A stretch of 64,000 nucleotides of DNA from Diplonema japonicum (taxonomy: Eukaryota; Protista; Euglenozoa: Diplonemea), in contig OZ025653.1 of the NCBI GenBank assembly GCA_964019335.1, positions 310,001 to 374,000 of the forward strand, in the 5' to 3' direction. A program made the position numbers and the translations under genes. How positions within the stretch are numbered: the stretch's first letter is position 1; each line of letters starts with the position of its first letter. Of the stretch, positions 1-8,646 are shown piece after piece. The notes under the pieces are model-generated. The model had not been told where the DNA came from. It saw nothing but the letters and a program-made list of their open reading frames with translations, and searched no databases.

Positions 1-2896
1 CTGAATGCACCGCTCAAAGATGGAATCCGCCAGCGACGGCTCGGGGTCTTCTTCTGTCATCGCTACCTCCGGTATCTCCCTCGGGATCGAGTACTGCAGC
101 ACTGCCCGCCGGATTCTCGTTGTCCCCAACTCCAGCGACAAGCACCTGTGGTCTGAGCCTTCCACGCCATCATGCACCCAACAGCGTATCAGAAACTGTG
201 CAGCAAGGGGGTTCAGAAGCGCCCTATCGATCCGAGAATGGGAGTTGGTCCTCTTCAAAGTCGATTCGGGTGTCGCACCGCTCAACGCCGCACATGCAGC
301 CGCCGCATCAACCCAGTCCGAGGCCAAAGCCTTTTCTAAGGTCGGCGACCGATCCTCCTCGCAGTTGAGGTCCCCGATCACCACGATCGGCACGTCTCCC
401 AGCTCTATTCGCTTCCTGACCAGAATGTGATGCAGAAGTTGCTCCCGTTCCCTGGCTTGCACTGCCTCATTGCCAGCAGGACAGTAGACGTTCAGCACAT
501 GAAGCTATTGTTTGCTGCCGTCCAATGATACCTTCGTGTGCACGCAGCGGCTCTTGTACGCTTCCAGCTCGTCTCCTGCGCTGCACCTCAGAGAGGCTCG
601 GGGCCTTTTCACGAAGGTCGCGACCCCGCCCCTTTGTGCGACTGTAAGTGACACCACTCCACCGCCCACCCGGCCTGGTTGTGGTTTCCCCCAGTGTCTT
701 TCGTAGGCCCTCCCCCACGCATCTCGCCCGAGAGAGAGTTCAATCTCCCGCTGTACCGTCGCCGTCAGTGCCGTCTCCTGTACACAGAACACATCGGGAT
801 CCAGTCCTTTGCATTCCCCCATCCTGTTGTTGAAGGACGCGACGTTCAGGGAGGTGATGACGAGAGGCTCGTTCTTCGGTAATGTGGGCGGTGGGCTTCT
901 GTTCCTCTTAACACCCGTCTTTGCACCCGTCCTTGGTCTCGCACCCGCGGCTCTCTCCGCATCACGCGTTCCCCTCATCACAGCCGGCTTCGGACCTGTC
1001 TTGCGCTTGGGACCGGGGTGCGGATGAACCCCCTGCGTCACGAGTAAGTCAAAGTCCTCCTCCCTCTCCGACTTACCCGTGCGCTTCGCGCTTCATTTGC
1101 CGAAACACCGAGTGCACGCCCAGGTTATGCACCCCGCACACTTCCTCGCGAAGGTGTCCTTTTCCTTCTGCTCCTTGCAGACACCGCAGCACCACACCGC
1201 TCCCTTTCGCGCTCCCTTCTCTGGGAACCGGTGCTTGCACGTCCTCGCGTGTTCGGCCATCGTCCGCTGCTCCGGGGACTCGGGTTCGTCCTCGTCGTTG
1301 AGGAGGCGCTTCTTGGGGTTTGGAGTAGACATCTGACTGTCCCCCTCCTTCTTCTCCGGTTGCCCGGCGGATAGAACATTCGACTCATCGGTGGATGGTG
1401 CCTGCGGCATTTGCTCACCTGACTGCTGTGCAGTGGGTGGCGCATCCGTTGTAGCTCCGGCAAGCCTCCCAGGTGAGGTCTTCTGCGCGGTCGAGCCAGC
1501 CCACTTGTATACGGCCCTCCTCCGCATTTCGCCAGCCCCCAGTGCCTTGATGAAGACCGGTCTCCCACCAATGTCCATCCCGCTGAACGGAGGCGGTGCT
1601 CCAGCTTTCAAGACAAACGTCCTTGCATTTCCCCTCACGAATGTAGAGGCTACCTCGCACTGCCACTCGCCCGCACGGAAGGCACCTAACAGTGGCCCTT
1701 CGTGGTCTGCCGCCCTCGCCCCTTCCACCAGGTACCTCGGCTGAGGCTGCCTCGGTTCCGCAACGAGTTGCGCGCCCCGCTCATCAGCCATGGCCTCTGC
1801 CTTCTCCGCCTCGGACAGGGTCCGGAGCCCCAACCCTCTCGAGGACACCGCCAGACCCCTGCCCGCCGCGTCCGCCCACTTCAAGGCCTCCACCAGTGGG
1901 GTCTCCGGCTTGAGCCAGAGGATGTGGTGCGCGTGGTTCTCCTGGCCGCCAAAGAACTTCAAGGCCCTGAAGAAGATACCACCCCTCCCCGAGGCCGCCT
2001 CAAGCACTGCCGCCTCAGCTTCCGGCACCTTCACCATCATTTCCACCCGCCCGGGTGCCCTCCTCAACCCGAAGAAGTAGCGCCTTCTCTGTCGCCTGCC
2101 TTAGCCTGGCCACAACATACCCGAATGCGGCTCTCCCGACCAACCTGTCTCGATCAGCGGGGTGGTACTCTAGAGGTAGGGTGCACACCAGGACACTCGG
2201 TTCACACTCCACACTCGGTTTGACCGCAGCGGCGATACCCTTGCGAAGGCTTGCGAAGTCCCCCATCCCCCCGAGCCTCGTTACCCTGAGGTACCTCATC
2301 CTGCGTTCCTCCCCAATTAGGACTGGGAGGGGGAGCTTCAGGTTCTCCTCCAGATGCGTGGCATCGCCGTCCACCACCAGCTTCTTCCTGGTGATCAACA
2401 CCATCCCGCAGCCCAACTGTTCGCCCCTGCTCGCGAGCTCCCTGTGCTCATCCAGCCACAGGTCGTACGCCTTCTGCGCGCCTTCCTCGTCCTCACATTA
2501 CCCCCTCCCCCTTTGGCTCTGTGAGGACGGGGCAATGCCAGTCCGCCGGGTCCAGGCTCACCGCGCCCATTACCTTCCTTGCTGGCACCTTCGTCCACTT
2601 CAGCAGAGGCTCCACTGTCGCTTCGACGCCTGCTGTTGACGCGGCTTCGTCTGTTGCTTCTTCTGTTGCTGTTGCTGTTTCACCTTCTCCTGTCCTTGCA
2701 CCTGCTGCTGTCCTTGCACCTGCTCCTGTCCTTGAACCTGCTGCTGTCCACCCTGTGTGCCTGTTCCTCCCTCCATGATGTCCAGGGCCGTCTCCAACAG
2801 GAGGACGGCCGGCTCTTGCCACATGACACCCTTCTTCGCAAGTACCTTTGCCCTCATGATGATGGCAGTTACCATGTCCTTCAAATTTCCACCCAT
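1..2896 (-). mobile_element. Degenerate non-LTR retrotransposon (LINE), 5' part: frameshifted ORF1 with C-terminal Cys cluster, then AP-endonuclease domain running off the window edge
   Basis: ORF 505..1041 has APE N-terminal motifs (SLNVASF, DVFCVQET). Reading through the TAG at 505-507 gives VLNVYCP..VIGDLN..SRIDRALL..SDHRCL, the classic APE motifs. ORF1 fragments 2600-2896, 2493-2822, 2015-2416 and 1093-2067 join through frameshifts and end in CxxC..CxxC..CxxC. Confidence 0.9.
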
Positions 2897-2916
2897 TTTT
2901 ATAAAGGGGAGAAAGT

Positions 2917-2957
<41 letters not shown>

Positions 2958-3112
2958 TATTTTTATATATTATTTGTGTTTATATGTTGACACTTACACT
3001 GATCGTTGAAAGGGGAAGTAAAGAGACCGTTAACTTCCTTTGAAACTTTATCAGCCACGGGGAGCGACCAATAAAGTACAGAAACTGTAGCTTTAGAATC
3101 GTTGGTGTGAGA

Positions 3113-4090
3113 AAAAGAAAACTCAAAGTACAGGACAAGCCCCCCGCCAGAGGGCCGCCCTATGGGAGGGGAGGGGGGGGGGTCTATCTGTTAATACTCC
3201 CCTTCTGGAGCATTACTTTCATTCCGATTGAGGCCGTGAGCGTATTGCGGAGTCGTGTGATGCGGTCCCGCTTGTAGTCGGCTTTCAATTCCATTAGCTT
3301 GTCGTGCGTGGAGCGGGTGGCGAAAATAGGCCTCCTGGAGAAACCAATAGCTGCCTTTCCTCCAATGGCGATGAGGGACTTCACTCTTTTTCTCTCGTCC
3401 GCTGGGAAGGGGCGTCGCTTCTTCCGTGCCCTGCATGCTGTGTTTATCTTTACGATCAGAGCTTTGATTCTGCGCGCCCTATCTTCCAGCAGGCCTCCCA
3501 AAGACTTTCCGGTCGTCCATTCGAAGTCAATGGCCAGTTCCACCGCCGACACCTCCGAGGTGGTGTCCTTCTCCACCCAGCGCAGTTGTGACAACCATTG
3601 TAGCAGCGGGTTCAGGTACTGGGACAGGACCCCGCTCACTCCTTCGAGCTCGCCAGCTATCGGAACGGGGCATCTCTTACCTACCACATTTCGAATCCAC
3701 GGTAGCGGCTGTGTGTTGACATCCTCCTTCTGCATGAGCTCTACGTCTCGTTTCTCAACCACCACGGCTAAGTATCGTTGCAGCTTCTTTAGGTACGCAA
3801 AGTCATGTCCTCTCGGCAGAATCGCGTGCAATTCCAGACACAGGGGCCATCCTGTCCTGTTGCGCAGTGGTTCCAAGCCGTCCTGTACTAGCTCTTCCTG
3901 TGCGCAGGCGCACTCGTAGAGTTGATGGCGGAGTAGGGTTACCGTGTCCGGGTACGGTGATTCACACAGGTCGCACCTGAACCCTTGTGTGCGTGGTGTT
4001 CACTGCGGTAGGAGAGCGTCCACGGTGGTGAGGGCCCCATAGGTTGCACGTTACCCTTGTCGACAATTTCTTGAGCGTCTCGTCACATGG
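3113..4090 (-). mobile_element. 3' fragment of a LINE: CCHC finger, C-terminal WL..L.W / ELAxDFE domain and 3' UTR
   Basis: Upstream of ORF 3184..3876 the frame reads CDLC..LRHQLYEC. The ORF contains PLLQWLSQLRW and ELAIDFEWTTG, shared with the copies at 6950-7880 and 45205-45665. It ends QKGSINR* exactly like the 45262 copy. Confidence 0.8.
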
Positions 4091-4265
4091 GGGGGGGGAG
4101 AAAAAGAAAAAGGGGGGACGGGGAAAGGAGACATTTTCTTTCTTTCTTTTTTTAAACAAGGGAGCGGGCGCGAAGGAGGGAGGGAACCAATTCCTTCATC
4201 ATCTCTTTTTTGGGGAGCGGGTGGGGGGGAGGGTGCAAGTACTAGTAAAGATGTTGCATTTTTTT

Positions 4266-4403
4266 AAATCCCACTTCCTTTTCGACTTGCTAAGGCCACA
4301 CCCACTAGGTGGGTTGGAAGTGTCTCGAGACGCTCACCCGGTTGCATGGGTACTCATGACCGTCCTGGTGTTCTCCTCCCACAAGATTTGCTGGTTGTTT
4401 GGC
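4266..4403 (-). mobile_element. 138-nt SINE-like dispersed repeat, copy 1
   Basis: 132/138 identical to 6105-6242. Ends ...GGAAGTGGGATTT plus poly(A) on the minus strand. Confidence 0.75.
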
Positions 4404-4517
4404 ACTTTTCACTTTTTTTTCTTTCTTTTTTTCCCTCTCCCCAACTCATAGACGAGTCTAACCCAGAGTGGAACCTAAACGTCGGGGGGAAGAATTATAA
4501 TGCAAGAGGGGGAGAAA

Positions 4518-5048
4518 AAACTAAAGGGTTGAAGGCAAGAAAGTACTTTTTATCTGATAGTTCAGAAATTTCTTCACTACCTCCCCCCCCCCTATAATCT
4601 GATTACCCTAGAAGACTCTCTTCCTTCTTCGTTTTCGGCATTTGATGTTTTTTATAATGGAGAACTATAACCTGGAAAGGTGCAATATCGCAGGTCAACA
4701 GGGCCTGGGGGACTAAAAAATGTGTAGGGTCACTGCACTTCCGCCTGAATCAGCTGAAAATAAGCCGTTTTTCATAATTTGATAGCTATTATTGATAGCT
4801 CATAATTTGGTTTTGGGTTTTTGGCCCACTTTCTCGGTCATCCGGAGTGACTCAATTTCTGAACTATCAGATAAAATTACTTACTTTGCGCCAAAATATG
4901 GCCATCCCATTTACTCTCGAACCGTTTTTTTTTGACCTCGGGCCCGCAGGGCCCTCGGCCAAAAAACCCACAGTTCTCGAGTAAATTATGGCTAAAATTT
5001 GTTGCAAATAAATAGCTATTTTTGAAACTAAAGGGTTGAAGGCAAGAA
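4518..5048. mobile_element. Non-autonomous element with 24-bp flanking direct repeats, ~29-bp asymmetric inverted repeats and a long terminal hairpin
   Basis: AAACTAAAGGGTTGAAGGCAAGAA at 4518-4541 and 5025-5048. Inverted repeat 4541-4570 vs 4854-4882. Imperfect hairpin ~4885-5010 centred on GGGCCC-GCA-GGGCCC. Confidence 0.6.
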
Positions 5049-5260
5049 TATATTATTTGGGGCTTCCCCCCCCCCCCCCCCTTCTTCTTTCACACAATCT
5101 ATAGTCAGTTATTCCTTTTATTCTGAAACTACTTCACGCACTCGGGGGCTCGCTCTTTAATTCAAGCTGACCCCCCCCCACCCCCATCACTCATTATGTC
5201 CTCTTCCTGCCTCTTTCTGGGTTTTTTTATTTTCTTGTTAAGTTAGGGCAACATTTAAAT

Positions 5261-5366
5261 GAGCTCGCCCGGAAAAAAAAATGTAAACAAACGACCCTCC
5301 TATGCGACAGAAAACCCCCCGGTAAGTAGAAAAGTAGTCCGACACCACTTCGTGTGCAGAAATGCC
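5261..5366 (+). mobile_element. Left-end fragment of the Sola-like element seen whole at 43885-44901
   Basis: GAGCTCGCCCGGAAAA..TGTAAACAAACGACCCTC..AAAAGTAGTCCGAC aligns with 43885-43995. Preceded by AAAT (AWWT). Confidence 0.75.
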
Positions 5367-5622
5367 AAACGAAAGAAGTGGGCGCGGGTAGGGGAAGAGA
5401 GGGCGGGCGCGAAGTAGGAGGAGGAGTAGAGAAAAAAAAAACTAGTTGCTTCTTCAACTCTTCTTTTGGGGAGCGGGTTAAGGGGGGAGACAAGTATAAG
5501 TTAAGCAAATACGTTTAACAGCCTTTCTGTTGTTCCTCCGTCAAGAGGGGAAATATCTCAAGAGAGTCGGGGATATGCTTGAAGAAAACTAAATATGACA
5601 ACTTTTTTTTTTTTTTTTTTTT

Positions 5623-5783
5623 AAATTCCACCTCCTCTTGGTCTAGCCAGACCGACCCCACCCAGCTGGGCTGTGTGGAGCCAACGGAAGTGTGTTGAGA
5701 CGTTCGTGCTTTCGTGTCGGCCTGTGTTATTGTTCTAGCACCTTTGTGACATGGGTATTCTCTTTCCACAGTTGGCTAATGGC
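5623..5783 (-). mobile_element. Divergent member of the 138-nt SINE-like family
   Basis: Shares blocks AAAT.CCAC.TCCT, GGAAGTGT...GAGACG.TC and GGT.TTCTC.T.CCACA, and the same poly(A)-tail orientation, with 4266-4403. Confidence 0.55.
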
Positions 5784-5806
5784 TTTTCTTTTTTTTTTTT
5801 TTTTTT

Positions 5807-6084
5807 GGGTAGAGTTCTAACTCGACCCCTAAGTTTCTGAACCGCTCAAATTCCGCCCCCTAGGTTTCCGAAATGCTCAAAGTCCACCCCCTAAGTCTTC
5901 AAAACGCTCAAATCCCGCCCCCTAGGTTTCCAAAGTGTTCAAAGTCCGCCCCCTCAGGTTTTCAAATGCCCTAACTAGGCCCCTACGGTGGGAAACCGCT
6001 CAAAGTCAACCCCTTAGTTTTCAAAATGCTCAAAAAACCCCCCCTTAGTTTCATGAATAACCCGATTGGGTCCCCTATGTTTCG
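5807..6084 (+). repeat. Left TIR array, ~9 units of ~31 bp (consensus GCTCAAAGTCCGCCCCCTAGGTTTCCAAAAT)
   Basis: Units are directly visible, e.g. gctcaaattccgccccctaggtttccgaaat / gctcaaagtccaccccctaagtcttcaaaac. Confidence 0.9.
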
Positions 6085-6104
6085 TTTTTTTTTTTTTTTT
6101 TTTT

Positions 6105-6242
6105 AAATCCCACTTCCTTTTCGACTTGCTAAGGCCACACCCACTAGGTGGGTTGGAAGTGTCTCGAGACGCTCACCCGGTTGCCCGAGTACTCATGACC
6201 GTACTGGTGTTCTCTTCCCACAAGCTTTGCTGGTTGTTTGGC
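6105..6242 (-). mobile_element. 138-nt SINE-like repeat, copy 2, nested in the MULE
   Basis: Near-identical to 4266-4403, embedded in a T-tract. Confidence 0.75.
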
Positions 6243-6290
6243 TTTGGTTTTTTTTTTTTTTTTTTTTTTTTTTTTGTGTTGTATGTTTCA

Positions 6291-6930
6291 TTAATGCTCA
6301 ACAAGGTTGTGCGCATGCATGTTCCTTAACAATAGGCAACTTGAAAGGAAAAGAAAAAGACAGCCCGGGTAACCAAGGCTACTTCTTAGAGGGCTGTGTC
6401 GAAGGTGTCTTTCTGTGTAAAAGATTACAGCATTTAAAAGAAAACCTTTGCTTCTTCTTGGAGGATCAGGAGAGTAGGTGCACACCGAAGTCTTGTGGCC
6501 AAGAACACCGCAACGACTGCAGGCATTCTTCCTTTCGCTCTTGCTGGGGATCCTCTTCTTTTTCCTCCCTACACCTTTCTTGAAAATGGGCGGTAAAGTG
6601 CCGTCTTCGGCCCAGGTATTTTGGGCTGGAGGGAGGAGGATACCCGCGTATGCAAGCCAATGAAAGCCACATCGAAGAAATGGGGCAACCATGCCAAGGA
6701 CATCGATGCTCTCTTTTGAGCAGGCTGTACAGAGATGCGCGCAAGTCAGCCCTTCTCTCCTGAAGAGAGGGCAAGAGCAGCTCTGCTTTAGCGTCAACGA
6801 TGAACGTCCCTCTGAGGTCGACTTGGTGCTTCCCGTCGGTGTAAACTCCAAAACAGCAGGTGGGGAAATGCAAGTCAGCCCATTTGGTGGGGTCAATGGC
6901 TCTCAGGTACTCTGCCACTTCTCCACCAAA
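6291..6930 (-). pseudogene. MULE transposase C-terminal remnant (SWIM finger and CCHC knuckle), frameshifted
   Basis: EYLRAIDPTKW (6466..6918 frame), then CSCPLFRREGLTCAH (SWIM) and CSRCGVLGHKTSVC (6291..6896 frame). This is the typical MuDR C-terminal architecture. Confidence 0.8.
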
Positions 6931-6949
6931 CTATAAAAAAAAAAAAAAA

Positions 6950-7880
6950 CTATTCTTTTAAGGTATGCGTTTTTGCGCTCACCGGCCGCGCTGCGCTTAG
7001 TCCCCGTTGTCCCCGTTCTGGGGCTCTGGCGGGTTCCTACTGCGGTGGTCATACTGCGGGGCAGCCTTGTCGGTGTCTGCGACAGGTACCTGTCCCGCAA
7101 GCCTTCGATGCTACTCATGGTTCGTTCCGGGAGTACTGGCCTCCTGTCATACCCGTGTGTGGTCGGTCCTCCGATACAGCGTAGGGAGTTGACGCGCTCC
7201 ACCCGCGCCGCTGGGAACGCCCCTCTGCCATCAGCGTGGTACAGGTCCTGGACTCGTCTCAGCACATACCGTAGCCTCCTTGCCTTGACGCCCAGGTCCT
7301 CCACCTTGCCCACTTCCCCGCCGTCGTCCAGCGGCAGCTCCATCTCCCTCTCGAAGTCGAGGGCCAGCTCTAACGTCGTCACCGCCGTGTGCCGACCAGG
7401 CGCGTCATCCCACAGCAGGCCTCCCAACCATCTCAGCACCGGCCCCAGCAGCTTGTCCATCACTGTTCCTGACGCCCCCAGCCTTCGTAGTTCAGACACC
7501 GTCGGCGTCGGGTGCGCCCTCCCCGTCACGACCGCCCGCCACGGGTAAGCTTGTGTCTGCAGTGCGCGGTTCGCATCTATCGCTGCATCCCTCCGCGTGA
7601 CTACCTCCAGCAGGTACTTTTGTATTAGTAAGGTCCTTGGCTTGTCTTGGCAGCCTCTGGGCACCACCCCGGACTCCCAGGACGTTGATCTCCTTTTTGG
7701 CCGTGAGCACCTCACGTCCGCACTTCACTGTTCCGTGCTCTGCCGTTGTGAACAGGTCCGTCTTCCTCAGGTTGAGGTTCATCCCTGTCAGCAGAGAGAA
7801 CTCGCACACCCCCGCTGCCGCCTTCTCCAGGGCGCTGAGCAGAGCTGCTATCAAGTAGACGTCGTCCGCGTATGACAGGG
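6950..7880 (-). mobile_element. 5'-truncated, internally deleted LINE fragment (RT YADD core plus ELALDFE domain) inserted in the MULE
   Basis: SYADDVYLIA..GMNLNLRKT..INVLGV (RT domains 5-7), then a frameshift to PVLRWLGGLLW..ELALDFE. T-runs on both sides on its sense strand. Confidence 0.85.
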
Positions 7881-7924
7881 AAAAAAAAAAAAGAAAGCCA
7901 GAATTGGTTTTTGTGATATAACGA

Positions 7925-8285
7925 TGGGGAAAAGAGCTGTAGGAAATGTTGGGGTGAAAAAATGTTGTTGAGCATTTATGAAACATCGGGGGCCCAGGTT
8001 GTGTATTTCCGAAACTAAGGGGTCCGGATTTGAACATTTTGAAAACCAAGGGGGTCTACTTTGAGCATTTATGAAACTAAGGGGACCGAATTCACACATT
8101 TTAAAACTTAGGGGTCGAGTATGAGTTTTTTTGAAGATTTGGGGTATTACACAGAGATTTAAGAAACCTTGGGGACCGGATCAGAAACTTTTTCCTCCTT
8201 AAAGATAGACCTTGAACATTTCTCAAACTAAGGGGGTGGATTTTGAGCATTTCTCGAACTTAGGGGTCAAGTTGGAAGTTTTCTC
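7925..8285 (-). repeat. Right TIR array, inverted copies of the ~31-bp unit
   Basis: Units such as ttgagcatttatgaaactaaggggaccgaa are the reverse complement of the left-array consensus. Confidence 0.85.
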
Positions 8286-8646
8286 TTTTTTTTTTTTCTT
8301 TTTTTTTCAACTAGAAAAAGCAGGATAAATTGAAGACAAGAAAACACTTTTGGGACCCTCTTTTCTTTTCTCTTTCACACTATATCTATTCTTGTCTTCT
8401 TTCATCGACTTTATTACTTCAGCAGGGTAGCTGGATGCTTGATGTGTTCACTCTGTTGCTGGGCCGCACTTCTCGCAAGTGCGTTGCTTGTGGTTTTCCT
8501 TCAACAGTTCGTGGTGCCCGGACTTCAGCTCGCTACGAGGGTGCCGTCATCTATGGCTGTAGGGGTCTTGTCAGCATCCACACACTGATCAGTACTTCTT
8601 CTCTTGCCTCCTGAGCCCTCCTACTTATTACAGTACACTCACTACT

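Larger units (their letters stand above)
5807..8285 (-). mobile_element. Mutator-like (MULE/Foldback-type) DNA transposon, internally deleted, with TIRs built from ~31-bp tandem repeats
   Basis: Termini GGGTAGAGTTCTAACTCGACCCCTAAGTT vs reverse complement GAGAAAACTTCCAACTTGACCCCTAAGTT (23/29). T-run flanks on both sides are compatible with a 9-bp TSD. Internal SWIM and zinc-knuckle remnant. Confidence 0.85.

Noticed and set aside
505-507. In-frame TAG in the APE domain as stop-codon reassignment or programmed readthrough
   Set aside because: The element also has several frameshifts, and host genes use TAG/TAA/TGA as normal stops. Simple decay.
2985-3112. Possible hammerhead (CTGATCG..GAAA..GTA) or HDV motif (TCCCCGT) between two LINE pieces
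   Set aside because: Hairpins exist, but the core lacks CUGANGA adjacent to stem II, there is no stem I, and no P1/P2 for HDV. Probably structured LINE UTR.
5807-6084. ~31-bp periodic array as a CRISPR array
   Set aside because: Units are contiguous degenerate repeats with no unique spacers, are mirrored at 7925-8285, and have no cas genes nearby. They are MULE TIRs.
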